From Edaphobacter aggregans (GTDB lineage Bacteria > Acidobacteriota > Terriglobia > Terriglobales > Acidobacteriaceae), in assembly GCF_003945235.1 (NCBI RefSeq), contig NZ_RSDW01000001.1, positions 3,780,001 through 3,812,000 of the forward strand: 32,000 bases of DNA. Reading direction: 5' to 3'. The notes beneath the pieces are model-generated. The model ran no database searches and had not been told where the DNA came from. It saw nothing but the letters and a program-made list of their open reading frames with translations. Numbering within the stretch: the stretch's first letter is position 1; each line of letters begins with the position of its first letter. Position numbers and translations under genes: made by a program. Shown piece by piece: positions 1 through 9,373 of this stretch.

Positions 1-536
1 ACCTTCCGTGCCTGATCGATCTCGCGTGGCTTCACTTCACTCAGTCCTACGTGCCCGATCTTGCCCTGCTCTTGCATCTTCTTGATGACGCCAAGCGACT
101 CCTCAACCGGCACCTTGGGATCGATGCGATGCAACTGCCACAAATCGATACGTTCTCGCTTCAATCGCCGCAGGCTCATCTCAACCTGCTGCTGCAGGTA
201 CTCCGGACGGCCCACCGGCAGCCACTTATCTGGTCCCTGTCGCGTCAATCCGGCCTTCGTGGCGATCACCACGCCATCGGCATACGGAGCCAGCGCTTCG
301 CCGATCAAGCGCTCGCTCACCTCCGGCCCATAAGAATCCGCCGTGTCGATAAAGTTCACCCCCAGTTCTACAGCGCGCCGCAAAACCTTCTTAGCCGTCT
401 CAGGATCTTGGGGCTCGCCCCAAATCCCCTTGCCAGTGATCCGCATCGCACCATAGCCCAAACGATTGACCTTCAAATCTCCGCCAATCGTCAACGTCCC
501 GCTCGCATTCGCTGTTACAACTTCGCTAGTAGCCAT
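1..536 (-). CDS. aldo/keto reductase family oxidoreductase (partial; 3' end runs off the left edge)
   Basis: Absent from the ORF track because it is open at the window edge. My translation of the complement from ATG (536..534) gives [82 protein letters not shown]...[38 protein letters not shown]. This is a typical AKR N-terminal half with the DTAxxYG catalytic Asp/Tyr region. Confidence 0.85.
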   Translation of the reverse strand, partial: MATSEVVTANASGTLTIGGDLKVNRLGYGAMRITGKGIWGEPQDPETAKKVLRRAVELGVNFIDTADSYGPEVSERLIGEALAPYADGVVIATKAGLTRQGPDKWLPVGRPEYLQQQVEMSLRRLKRERIDLWQLHRIDPKVPVEESLGVIKKMQEQGKIGHVGLSEVKPREIDQARK

Positions 537-600
537 AGCTCATCAGATGCGACTCGAGCGGAAAACGATTTTGAGGCTCCAGCCAAAGCCATCCCTGGGA

Positions 601-1500
601 TCAGCCCAATCGCAGAGTCTCACCCTCTTCCAGTACCCGCACTCGCTCGCGAATCTCCAGCCGTCCGGCCTCTGCGCCAAGTCGTTGCACCGGTTCATCC
701 ATCGGCTCCCGCCCCAGTCGAAAAGTCCCATAATGCATAGGCACCATCCACTCCGCACCCACTTCAACAAAAGCCCGCGCAGCCTCCTCCGGACTCGTAT
801 GCACTGCCCGATAGCTGTCCGGGAAATAAGCTCCAATCGGCAGCAACGCCACCTCGGGCTTCAATCGTTGGCCAATCTCTCGAAACCCATCAAAGTAAGC
901 CGTATCGCCCGAGTGATACACCGAATATCCGCCACTCTCCACGACATATCCGCCATACCCACGATGCGTATCGTTGAACATCCGAGCCCCCCAATGTCTG
1001 CATGGAGTCATCGTCACCCGCAGCCTCTGCACCTCCAGCTGCTGCCACCACTCCATCTCGTGCACCCGCGCAAATCCCAGCCGAGCCACCAGATCTTCCA
1101 CGCCCTTCGGCACCACGACCTCAGGAGCCCTACCCGTCAACCGCAGCGTCGCCCGCACGACACGCCTAAGTGAAGCCATATCCAGATGGTCCATATGCGC
1201 ATGTGTCAGCAGCACCAGATCGATAGCCGGCAGATCCTTCACCAGCAGTCCAGCCCTCCGCTGTCGCCTCAGCAAAATCAATCGCTTGGAGAACACCGGG
1301 TCCACCAGGACATTCTTCCCACCTACTTGCAGCAGAAACGAAGAGTGGCCAATAAACGTAACGCCTAACTCCTCCGGCGTCACCAGCTCCGGCAGCCGCG
1401 AGACCCCCGCCATAGGCTGTTCATGGCTCTCCCGAACCAGCCGCCAAAGCTGCCCTAACTTCGTCACCACAAAAGGTCTACGCTGCAAAACTTGAGCCAT
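601..1500 (-). CDS. MBL-fold metallo-hydrolase (COG2220 / NAPE-PLD-like Zn hydrolase)
   Basis: 299-aa ORF with an HxHxDH metal motif (LLTHAHMDHLD), followed by YHSGDTAY and PMHYGTF blocks typical of this beta-lactamase-fold family. The start could be the internal M30, because the first ATG overlaps the divergent neighbour. Confidence 0.85.
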   Translation of the reverse strand: MAQVLQRRPFVVTKLGQLWRLVRESHEQPMAGVSRLPELVTPEELGVTFIGHSSFLLQVGGKNVLVDPVFSKRLILLRRQRRAGLLVKDLPAIDLVLLTHAHMDHLDMASLRRVVRATLRLTGRAPEVVVPKGVEDLVARLGFARVHEMEWWQQLEVQRLRVTMTPCRHWGARMFNDTHRGYGGYVVESGGYSVYHSGDTAYFDGFREIGQRLKPEVALLPIGAYFPDSYRAVHTSPEEAARAFVEVGAEWMVPMHYGTFRLGREPMDEPVQRLGAEAGRLEIRERVRVLEEGETLRLG

Positions 1501-2646
1501 CTTTTGATTAGATGCTTTCCATTACGCAGACGTATCATCTTTGACCTCGGCCACCAATCCCACACACTTCCGCATCTATCCAGTGAAAGGGGGTCGCAGA
1601 TTATCCCCGCCGACCACAGCCTCGACAAGCCCCCTGATCCACGCCAGCAACGTATCTGGGATTATGTCTCCCGATCACCTTTACGCTCGCTTTGGAACCT
1701 TCACGGCATCTCTCCCCGTGTGATAGCAAAACGCACCTGGAGGTCTTTCATTGACGATAGCCTGTTAGGTCACGCAGCCGAACTCGGTTTTTACTTCCTT
1801 TTTGCGCTCTTTCCAACTCTGTTCAGTGCCAGCGCACTCCTCGGTCTAGCCGCTCGCTCGGCCTCTACCATCTATGACCGGCTCCTTCATTATCTCTCTC
1901 TCGTCATTCCGACATCAGCCCTTGGTATCGTCCTGCAGACGTTCAACGAGACTACAGCTGCCGCAACCTCAGGCAAATTGACCTTCGGCCTGATCGCCTC
2001 AATCTGGTCTGCCTCGGTTGGTATCTCCGCGATCCAGGACTCCCTCAACGTTGTTTACAAGGTGCACGAAACTCGTTCCTACTTCCACGCTCGAATCTCT
2101 GCCATCGGGATCACCGTTGTGCTGTCAGGAATCGTTACTCTCATCCTCACGTGCATGCTTGGCGCAGACTTCTTCGCTGCCCTTGCACATCGCCGCATCG
2201 AGCAGCACTTCCTTGCCGCACTCACATCATTGCTGGCGCGCATCGTCGGTTGGGCAACTGCTGCTGTCCTGCTGGCCCTCTCGTTCGCTGTTATTTATTA
2301 CTGGGCACCCGGTCTACAGAAGACACGCTGGCATTGGCTTACACCCGGAACCTCAATCGCCATCCTTGGATGGCTGCTAGCTTCCTTGATGCTCCGGCTC
2401 TACCTGCACTTCTTCAACTTCTACTCCATGACGTACGGCTCTCTGGGGGCCGTCATCATTCTTTTGATGTGGTTCTACATCACCGGCCTCTCGCTTCTGC
2501 TGGGAGCCGAGATCAACAGCGAAATTGAGGCCGCAGCCGTTGAGAAGCGCCTCGCTGGCCCTTCAGCTGCGCCTCCGTCCGCAGATTCACCGCCGCGAGC
2601 TCCAGCCTCTACGGTGTCGCAGCCCGCTCCGCTGCCAGAGTCTTAA
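1492..2646 (+). CDS. YihY/BrkB (virulence factor BrkB / 'RNase BN-like') family inner-membrane protein
   Basis: ORF with the family N-terminal block (RTWRSFIDDSLLGHAAELGFYFLFALFPTLF) and about 6 hydrophobic helices. The C-terminus reads YGSLGAVIILLMWFYITGLSLLLGAEINSE, followed by a Pro/Ala-rich tail. The start is uncertain: ATG 1492 overlaps the divergent MBL start by 9 nt, and the in-frame GTG at 1720 is an alternative. Confidence 0.8.
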   Translation: MSHLLIRCFPLRRRIIFDLGHQSHTLPHLSSERGSQIIPADHSLDKPPDPRQQRIWDYVSRSPLRSLWNLHGISPRVIAKRTWRSFIDDSLLGHAAELGFYFLFALFPTLFSASALLGLAARSASTIYDRLLHYLSLVIPTSALGIVLQTFNETTAAATSGKLTFGLIASIWSASVGISAIQDSLNVVYKVHETRSYFHARISAIGITVVLSGIVTLILTCMLGADFFAALAHRRIEQHFLAALTSLLARIVGWATAAVLLALSFAVIYYWAPGLQKTRWHWLTPGTSIAILGWLLASLMLRLYLHFFNFYSMTYGSLGAVIILLMWFYITGLSLLLGAEINSEIEAAAVEKRLAGPSAAPPSADSPPRAPASTVSQPAPLPES

Positions 2647-3958
2647 CCGCCCACGCCTCATACGTCAATCGCCCTTTCATCGCTTCCCAATCCCTCTCCG
2701 GAAGCACCATCAAGTCTTCCCGCTTGATGCCTGGATAACCTTTCCCCAAAGCATCCAGTCCACCCTCCCGATCCTCCCGGATATAGTTCGCCGTTATGTC
2801 AACACCATTCGCCTTGGCCCACTCGCTCACATGTGTAACCGGCATAGTAGCAATATCTTTATCGGTCCAATTTACAAATCGAATCTGTCGTCCAAGCCAC
2901 GCGACCCCATCCCGATCGACCCAACTCGTTCGATGACTGATTCCCGGATACAACACCGTCGTAAACATATCCCTGTCAGTCCCACGCAGAGCCACGGCCC
3001 GCGTCCGTACGCTAGCGAACCATGCCGGCCCATGATGCACCATATCCATCACCGTATCGTTATCCCCATTCATCACGAACATCGGCCCTCGAGCTGCATT
3101 TAGCGAATACAGCACCGCCCCCCGATCTCCCAGCACCGACAGCGCCTTATAAGGCGGCGACTGGCACGGAAGGGGATTCGAATCGAAGTATCCACCCGGC
3201 CCGTCATACACCCCACCGCCGCTCAGAATCACCGCATGAATCCCCGGATCAATTGCGCCCGTTATCCCAGCGATAAACGCGCCCATCGAGTACCCCACCA
3301 CAGCGATCCGTCCCGCATCCACCTCCGGCCTCGCCGCCAGATAGTTCACCGCCTGCATCGCATCCACCTGCATCAATCCGGCTAATCTCTGCCCCCAATG
3401 CGGCGCATCCACGATCTTGTCATGCGACCCTGCACGAGACTTCTTCTCGACATTCCGTTCCCCTTCGCCGATCGGGTCGTAGGTCACGACCATCGCACCC
3501 GCACTCGCAAACATCATCCCGCTGTAGAACGCGTACCAGCTGGACTTGTCTCCGCCATGCCCATTCACCACGACGATTCCCGGAAGCTTTCCCTGCCAGC
3601 TAAACGTCTTCGGATCCGGCCGGTACACCACCGCCGGCACCAGCATCCCATCCGCCGTCTGATACGTCACCCGCTCTGCGATCACCCCAGCCACCGGAGA
3701 AAACGCCGACCATGTCTTTGCCTCAAGCGGCGGCAGCACCTCCGGCACATACAGTTGGTGCCGAATCTCCCGTCGCCACTCCTCTTCCCGTGCAGTCCTC
3801 TGCTTCGCAGACAAAGCCTTTGCCGGGGCAAGCTCCTTCACCGGCGCCCCCACCCAATCCTTGTCGCCTACGCTCGCCGCTGGAGCTTGCCCCCACAAGG
3901 CAAGTGCCCCCGCCAACACAAAGCCAGCCGACACGACTCCGGTCCCAGGACCTCTCAT
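2609..3958 (-). CDS. secreted alpha/beta-hydrolase (dienelactone hydrolase / S9-peptidase / acetyl-esterase-like fold)
   Basis: 449-aa ORF with an N-terminal signal-like segment (VVSAGFVLAGALALWGQAPA). It has a GxSxG nucleophile elbow (VVGYSMGAF) and an HGG-type oxyanion region (VVVNGHGGDKS). Its 3' end overlaps the convergent yihY-like gene by 38 nt. Confidence 0.8.
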   Translation of the reverse strand: MRGPGTGVVSAGFVLAGALALWGQAPAASVGDKDWVGAPVKELAPAKALSAKQRTAREEEWRREIRHQLYVPEVLPPLEAKTWSAFSPVAGVIAERVTYQTADGMLVPAVVYRPDPKTFSWQGKLPGIVVVNGHGGDKSSWYAFYSGMMFASAGAMVVTYDPIGEGERNVEKKSRAGSHDKIVDAPHWGQRLAGLMQVDAMQAVNYLAARPEVDAGRIAVVGYSMGAFIAGITGAIDPGIHAVILSGGGVYDGPGGYFDSNPLPCQSPPYKALSVLGDRGAVLYSLNAARGPMFVMNGDNDTVMDMVHHGPAWFASVRTRAVALRGTDRDMFTTVLYPGISHRTSWVDRDGVAWLGRQIRFVNWTDKDIATMPVTHVSEWAKANGVDITANYIREDREGGLDALGKGYPGIKREDLMVLPERDWEAMKGRLTYEAWAVKTLAAERAATP

Positions 3959-4026
3959 CGTTCACCTCACATAAATTGACGTGCTTAGGCCACCCACGGT
4001 CTCATCAAGCTACAATCGCTGCATTC

Positions 4027-5472
4027 ATGAATCTTCACGCCATCGTAATAGCCATCATCGTTCTGACCCTGCTTACAGTCTCGCTCGGCCGCCTTGGCAA
4101 AGTAAAAACCAAGGCAGACTACCTCGTCGCCGGCCGCTCTCTTCCAGCCTTCGTCCTCGTCTTCACCTTACTCTCCAGCTGGATCGGCTCCGGCTCTCTC
4201 CTCGGCGGCGCCGAAAACGCCTATAAACACGGCTTCGTCGCCCTCTGGCAAGCCGGCGGAGGTTGGGCTGGCCTCCTCCTCATCTACTTCATTGCTCCCC
4301 GCGCCCGCAAATTCGCCCAGTTCACCATCCCCGACCTCCTCGAGACCCGCTACAACCAGACCGCCCGCGTCCTCGGCGTGATCGCTATCCTACTCACCTA
4401 CACCGCCATCACAAGCTACCAGTTCATCGGTGGCGGAGACATCCTCCACCTCATCTTCCCCGACGCCATCTCGCCCATCATGGGCCGCTACATCCTCGCC
4501 GCGTTCGTCATCGTCTTCACCGCCATCGCCGGCATGTCTTCCGTGGCCTACATGGACCTCTTCATCGGCCTTCTCGCCACCGTGACCATGTGCCTCGCCC
4601 TTCCCGTCCTCGTCCATCGCGCCGGAGGATGGCCCGCCGTACACTCCGCACTCCCCGCCTCGCACTTCCAGCTCTTCGGCGACCTCACCCCCATCCAGTG
4701 CCTCGAGCTCTTCCTCCCCACCTGCCTCCTCCTCCTGGGCAATCAGTCCATGTACCAGAAGTTCTTCTCCGCTAAATCCGAGAAGGACGCCACCCGTGCC
4801 GTCATCGGCTGGATCATCGGCACCATCATCCTCGAGACCGTCATCGTGGCCATCGCCGTCACCGGGTCCGCCCTCTTTCCCACCGGCGAAGTCAGCAGGG
4901 CACCCCGCGAAATCCTCGCTTACTCCGGCCTCCACGGCTTCAGCGACGGCTCCTTCGCCCTCAAGCTCCTCGGAGCCCTCCTCATGGGAGCCATCTTCGC
5001 CAAGATCATCTCCACCGCCAACAACTGGCTCTTCTCCCCCGCCACCAACCTCGTCAACGACATCTACGTCCGCTATCTTCGCCCCGACGCCTCCAACAAG
5101 AAGATTCTCATCGTCAGCCGCCTCATGGTCGTCCTCCTCGGCCTATGGGCGCTCTTCCAGTCCCTCGGCACAGAATCCGTTCTAAAGAAGGCCCTCTACG
5201 CCTACACGATCTACTCGGCGGCCCTCACACCGGTCATCCTCGCAGCTTTCTTCTGGAAGCGTGCAACAGCCGCTGCAGCCGTAGCCAGCATTGCCGTAGG
5301 CACAGTCGTCACCGTCGCCTGGGACACCATAACCCCACACCTCCCATCGATCATTGGCCAGCGCGACGCCATCTTCCCAGCGCTGGTCGTCTCGCTCCTC
5401 TGCCTCTTCACCGTCAGCTTCCTCACCCCACCCCCCACCCTCGAACATCTCCAACCTTTTGCAGAGCGCTAA
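4027..5472 (+). CDS. sodium:solute symporter (SSS) family transporter
   Basis: The track ORF 3712..5472 is trimmed to ATG 4027 (MNLHAIVIAIIVLTLL...). The upstream 105 codons are Pro/Ser-rich shadow over the divergent hydrolase gene. The protein has about 12-13 TM helices and an SSS-like N-terminus (DYLVAGRSLPAFVLVFTLLSSWIGSGSLLGGAENAYKHG). Confidence 0.85.
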   Translation: MNLHAIVIAIIVLTLLTVSLGRLGKVKTKADYLVAGRSLPAFVLVFTLLSSWIGSGSLLGGAENAYKHGFVALWQAGGGWAGLLLIYFIAPRARKFAQFTIPDLLETRYNQTARVLGVIAILLTYTAITSYQFIGGGDILHLIFPDAISPIMGRYILAAFVIVFTAIAGMSSVAYMDLFIGLLATVTMCLALPVLVHRAGGWPAVHSALPASHFQLFGDLTPIQCLELFLPTCLLLLGNQSMYQKFFSAKSEKDATRAVIGWIIGTIILETVIVAIAVTGSALFPTGEVSRAPREILAYSGLHGFSDGSFALKLLGALLMGAIFAKIISTANNWLFSPATNLVNDIYVRYLRPDASNKKILIVSRLMVVLLGLWALFQSLGTESVLKKALYAYTIYSAALTPVILAAFFWKRATAAAAVASIAVGTVVTVAWDTITPHLPSIIGQRDAIFPALVVSLLCLFTVSFLTPPPTLEHLQPFAER

Positions 5473-5583
5473 CTCGCACATTCTTTAGCATTCTGTTAAC
5501 GTTGCTGTTCAATAATTAACACTTCAACGGGGATCCCTGATCATCGCCACCAAGCCAGCACCTCCGAGCCGTCGGGAGCGTGG

Positions 5584-6882
5584 ATGAACTACCAGCTCCT
5601 GCCCGATCTGGCCGCCATGGCCACGCTCCTGACCATCCTCTACTTCCTGCGCCGTCGCCACCCGCAGGAGCGCGTAGGACTGTGGCTCGTCGGCCTCCTC
5701 TTCATCTTTCTCGAGGCCATCGCCCATGCCCTCTACACGCCCACCGGCCCTCGCCACATCCCCTCGCACATCGTCGCACTGGACGCCTACCTCGCCGCCG
5801 GAATCATCTTTCTTTGGGCAGCCGCGCAGCCCCTCTACCCCCGCACCAGCACCCTGCGCTATCTCCTCATCAACACCCTGCCGCTGGCCGCCGTTCTCAC
5901 CGTCTATGGCCTCGATGTCCGCCGCCCCGGCATCTACCTTATCTTCGTCGCCTGCGGCCTCATCCTCGGCGTCATCAGCCCCTTCATACTCAATCGAACC
6001 TGGAGACTGGGCAAAGCCTGGTGGCTCGTCCTGGTCCAGCTCGCGATCTGGATCCCGGCCTGGTTCTTCGCCTCGAACGGCCAATACCGTGACGCCGCTT
6101 ACTACCCTCTCTTCCTTCTCTATCTCTGCATCGCAGTTGTCTTCCAGCTCAGCCTCCCTCGCAAGAGTCTCGGCAAAGTCGCCATCGTCGCAGGATTCGT
6201 AGTCTGGTCCCTCGTCTTCCTCCTGCACTCCTGGGTCAGCAATCACCCGCAATTCACGCCCGTTGCCGCAGAGATCTGGGACTGGCAAAAATTCCTCGTC
6301 ACCATCGGCATGCTTCTCGTCATGCTCGAGCAGCAGGTCGCAAGCAACGAGTGGTATGCCCTCCACGATCAGCTCACCGGTCTTCCCAACCGTCGCCTCT
6401 TCGAGGACCGCCTCACCGCCGCCCTCTTTACCGCCCAGCGCAACCGCACCCGCGCCGCTGTCCTGATGATCGACCTCAACGGCTTCAAGCAGATCAACGA
6501 CTCACTCGGCCACGAGGTCGGCGACAAACTCCTCCAGCACGTCGCCCGTAACCTCCGTCACTCCATCCGCATGCCCGACACCCTCGCCCGCCTCGGCGGC
6601 GACGAATTCATCATCATCGCCACCGATCTCCCGTCCGACCTGCCTCCCAGCCTCATCGCCGACCGCAGCCTCGACCGCATCAGCCACGCCCTACGCAAGC
6701 CGTTTGCAGTCGCCGGCAACACCCTTGCCGTCACTGGCAGCGTAGGCGTAGCCATCTATCCCGACGACACTACCGACGAAATCCTTCTCCGCCGCCTCGC
6801 CGACGGACGCATGTACGAGCAAAAGCGCAAAATCCACGCCGAACCGTCAGCATCAGAGCCCTTGGCTTTTCAAGCGCGCTGA
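5584..6882 (+). CDS. membrane-anchored diguanylate cyclase (polytopic N-terminal domain plus GGDEF)
   Basis: 432 aa with about 8-9 hydrophobic helices, then a GGDEF domain (DQLTGLPNRRLFEDRL...MIDLNGFKQINDSLGHEVGDKLL...RLGGDEF). An RxxD I-site (RMPD) sits five residues upstream of GGDEF. Confidence 0.9.
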   Translation: MNYQLLPDLAAMATLLTILYFLRRRHPQERVGLWLVGLLFIFLEAIAHALYTPTGPRHIPSHIVALDAYLAAGIIFLWAAAQPLYPRTSTLRYLLINTLPLAAVLTVYGLDVRRPGIYLIFVACGLILGVISPFILNRTWRLGKAWWLVLVQLAIWIPAWFFASNGQYRDAAYYPLFLLYLCIAVVFQLSLPRKSLGKVAIVAGFVVWSLVFLLHSWVSNHPQFTPVAAEIWDWQKFLVTIGMLLVMLEQQVASNEWYALHDQLTGLPNRRLFEDRLTAALFTAQRNRTRAAVLMIDLNGFKQINDSLGHEVGDKLLQHVARNLRHSIRMPDTLARLGGDEFIIIATDLPSDLPPSLIADRSLDRISHALRKPFAVAGNTLAVTGSVGVAIYPDDTTDEILLRRLADGRMYEQKRKIHAEPSASEPLAFQAR

Positions 6883-7844
6883 AAAGCGATCGCCACAAGC
6901 GCGTCAGTCAGGACGGGCGAATCATTCAGGCTCTCAGCCCGCCAAAGCTTCAATCCAAGCTCCCGCGCTATCTCCCGAAAAGCGATATCGATGTCGTAAA
7001 GCACCTCGACATGGTCGCAGACGAACCCGACCGGCTGAATCACAACCCCACCGTGCCCCTCGTCCCGGATGGCCTTCAGACTCTCCTCCACCGTAGGCCC
7101 AATCCAGGGACCACCACTAACCCCCTGGCTCTGAAAAGCAAAATACCAGTCACCATCACTTAAGCCAGCGCCAGCCAACCGATCAGCCACCAACTCCGCC
7201 GTCCGCTTAGCCTCAACAGGATAAGGATCAGGAGTCATCTGCATCGGAGTCCCCGGCCGCGCCCCCGCGATCGAAGCCTCACCCGTCATGATCGTCCGGC
7301 AAGGAACGCTATGCGCGGTAAACAGCACAGGAATCCGCCGCCCCAACTCCGCAGAAGCCTCCGTCCACACAGGCAACAGCTTCTCCGCGAAGGCCCGAAT
7401 CAAAGAAGGCTCTTCCGCCCATCCCGCAACAAAATCAACCTCAAGGCCCCCAGCCGCCTCCATCACCGCACGCCGATACAGCCCAACGCTCGTGCGTGAG
7501 TTCTGCGGAGCCAAACAAATCGCCTTGATCCGAGTCACGCCATCCGTCCGCATCTGCGCAATCACATCAGCGATATACGGATGCCAGTTACGCATAGCAA
7601 CGTAAACCCGCGTACCGCCAAGTCGCTCCTGCAACAAACGTCCCTGCGCCACCGTCCACTTCGTCAGCGGCGGAGGCTCAGCACCAGGCGTCTCGCCAAG
7701 CCCGATCTGCGCATACCGATGTTGCAGCTCCTTGACGACCTCATCCGGAAGAGCCCGTCCACCCGTAACCTTGCCAAGATACTCAGCCATCTCGCCGAGC
7801 ACATTAGGAGTCCCGTGCGCCAGAAGCAGTACAGCAAAGCTCAT
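6870..7844 (-). CDS. hemH: ferrochelatase
   Basis: The ORF contains MSFAVLLLAHGTP..., FTAHSVP and QPVGFVCDHVEVLYDIDI ferrochelatase blocks. I set the start at ATG 7844, which gives an ATGA overlap with the hemE stop; the track start 7868 has no better support. Confidence 0.9.
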   Translation of the reverse strand: MSFAVLLLAHGTPNVLGEMAEYLGKVTGGRALPDEVVKELQHRYAQIGLGETPGAEPPPLTKWTVAQGRLLQERLGGTRVYVAMRNWHPYIADVIAQMRTDGVTRIKAICLAPQNSRTSVGLYRRAVMEAAGGLEVDFVAGWAEEPSLIRAFAEKLLPVWTEASAELGRRIPVLFTAHSVPCRTIMTGEASIAGARPGTPMQMTPDPYPVEAKRTAELVADRLAGAGLSDGDWYFAFQSQGVSGGPWIGPTVEESLKAIRDEGHGGVVIQPVGFVCDHVEVLYDIDIAFREIARELGLKLWRAESLNDSPVLTDALVAIAFQRA

Positions 7845-8941
7845 TGCGTGCCGTACTCCTTCACCCACTCCACCACCTTGATGACGCTCTCAACCGGCGT
7901 CCCCGGAACAATTCCATGCCCAAGGTTGAAGATATGCCCCGGCCGCCCACCAGCAGCGGCAAGAATCTCGCGCACCCGCGCCTCCAACACATCGTGAGGC
8001 GCAAACAAAGCAATCGGATCAAGATTGCCCTGCACGCCACACCCCTCGCCCACCGCCTTCCAGCCCACATCGAGCGGAACGCGCCAATCAAGTCCAACCA
8101 CATCGGCGCCAGTCTCGCGCATAGCCGGAAGCAGGGAAGCCGTATCGACACCAAAATAAATCACAGGCACACCCAACGCCTGAACCCGCTTGATCAGCTC
8201 CGTCGTCGGCGCGAGACAGTACTGACGATAGTCCGTCACACTCAGCGCACCTACCCAGCTATCGAAGATCTGAATCACGTCGGCCCCAGCCTCAACCTGC
8301 TGCTGCGCAAAGCCCACAAGCACCGTGACAAGCTTCTCCATCAACAGCGACCACGCGGCATTATCGCTATACATCAGCTTCTTGGTCTCGATGTAGTTAC
8401 GCGACGAGCCACCCTCAATCATGTAGCTGGCCAGCGTAAATGGCGCGCCGCAAAAACCGATAATGCCAAGCTGATCGCCATCAGCCCGAGGGCCTGAGAA
8501 GTGTGCCGCAACCTTCTCAATGGCGCGCCCAACATAACTGAGCTCATCCACGCGATCCGTACGAAGGGCATGAATCTGTTCCGCAGTGCGAATAGGCGAG
8601 TGCACCACAGGCCCCTCACCCGCAAGAAACTCAAAGTCGAGCCCCATCGGCGTAAACGGAAGCAGCAAGTCAGCAAAGATAATGGCCGCATCGACGCCCA
8701 GCCGCTCCGCCGCAGTAATGGTCACCTCAGCCGCGATCTCCGGCGTCCGGCAGATGTCCAACAGGGAGTGATGCTTACGCACGGCCATGTACTCTGGCAT
8801 ATAGCGCCCGGCCTGCCGCAGAAGCCAGATCGGTGTACGGTCAACAGGCAGCCGCAGACAGGCGCGCACAAAGCGGCTACCGCGCGCCTCAGTGCCGGCG
8901 GCCGCAAATTCAGGGGATGCTTCGCTTAAAAAGTTCTTCAT
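7841..8941 (-). CDS. hemE: uroporphyrinogen decarboxylase
   Basis: 366 aa with URO-D signature 1 (PIWLLRQAGRYMPEY) and full-length collinearity with HemE (…GFCGAPFTLASYMIEGG…QIFDSW…NLGHGI). Confidence 0.95.
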   Translation of the reverse strand: MKNFLSEASPEFAAAGTEARGSRFVRACLRLPVDRTPIWLLRQAGRYMPEYMAVRKHHSLLDICRTPEIAAEVTITAAERLGVDAAIIFADLLLPFTPMGLDFEFLAGEGPVVHSPIRTAEQIHALRTDRVDELSYVGRAIEKVAAHFSGPRADGDQLGIIGFCGAPFTLASYMIEGGSSRNYIETKKLMYSDNAAWSLLMEKLVTVLVGFAQQQVEAGADVIQIFDSWVGALSVTDYRQYCLAPTTELIKRVQALGVPVIYFGVDTASLLPAMRETGADVVGLDWRVPLDVGWKAVGEGCGVQGNLDPIALFAPHDVLEARVREILAAAGGRPGHIFNLGHGIVPGTPVESVIKVVEWVKEYGTQ

Positions 8942-8995
8942 GGGTACCCTTTTGAGCCTAGCACCAGAGCGGCGTGCATGGCATCTACAGGGTCG

Positions 8996-9241
8996 CTAGT
9001 CTTCCAGTCGGAACGTAAAGTCTTCGATTACCGGATTCGTCAAGACCTCGCGCGCGATGCGGTCGACCTCGGCTTTGGCCGCGCCAGCCTCTATGCCATC
9101 GTCCAGCGTCAGCAGGAAATACTTCCCCTGCCGCACATCGGCAATGCCTTGATATTGCATGCGCCGCAGCGCATCAGCCACTGTCTGCCCTTGAGCATCC
9201 AGCACGGTTCGTTTCAGCGTGACATAGACATGAGCCTTCAT
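8996..9241 (-). CDS. purS: phosphoribosylformylglycinamidine synthase subunit PurS
   Basis: 81 aa, MKAHVYVTLKRTVLDAQGQTVADALRRMQYQGIADVRQGKYFLLTLD...NPVIEDFTFRLE. This is the typical PurS length and sequence pattern. Confidence 0.9.
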   Translation of the reverse strand: MKAHVYVTLKRTVLDAQGQTVADALRRMQYQGIADVRQGKYFLLTLDDGIEAGAAKAEVDRIAREVLTNPVIEDFTFRLED

Positions 9242-9373
9242 CCTGTCTGATTATAGACATGATGCAGTTTTAATCCTCCGGCGAGGGTTTATCGCCGTAA
9301 CAAATTTTCAATCCGGCCCAGCCAGCATCTGACCAGAGGCCCAAACTTTCGCAGAGAAGAGATCCTAACATTT

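Noticed and set aside
51-1173. Long plus-strand track ORFs (51-740, 466-1173, 974-1495) across the aldo/keto reductase and MBL hydrolase genes
   Set aside because: They are antisense shadows in GC-rich coding DNA, with Arg/Pro/Ser/His-rich low-complexity translations. The opposite strand gives clean family matches.
1492-1500. 9-nt overlap of the divergent MBL and YihY start codons as a regulatory curiosity
   Set aside because: It is most likely a start-codon annotation artefact. An internal Met (M30) is available for the MBL gene and an in-frame GTG at 1720 for yihY.
3712-4026. 105-codon N-terminal extension of the symporter ORF, and the 193-aa ORF at 3398-3979
   Set aside because: The Pro/Ala/Ser-rich extension lies antisense to the 5' end of the alpha/beta hydrolase gene. 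The symporter has a canonical hydrophobic N-terminus from ATG 4027.
4263-6466. Large antisense or off-frame ORFs within the symporter and GGDEF genes (for example 5524-6366 minus at 280 aa, 4390-4935 minus, 4263-4775 plus, 5580-6092 plus)
   Set aside because: They are highly biased in composition (Asp/Glu/Gly or Arg/Pro/His), with no domain signatures. This is typical stop-poor alternative-frame reading of GC-rich genes.
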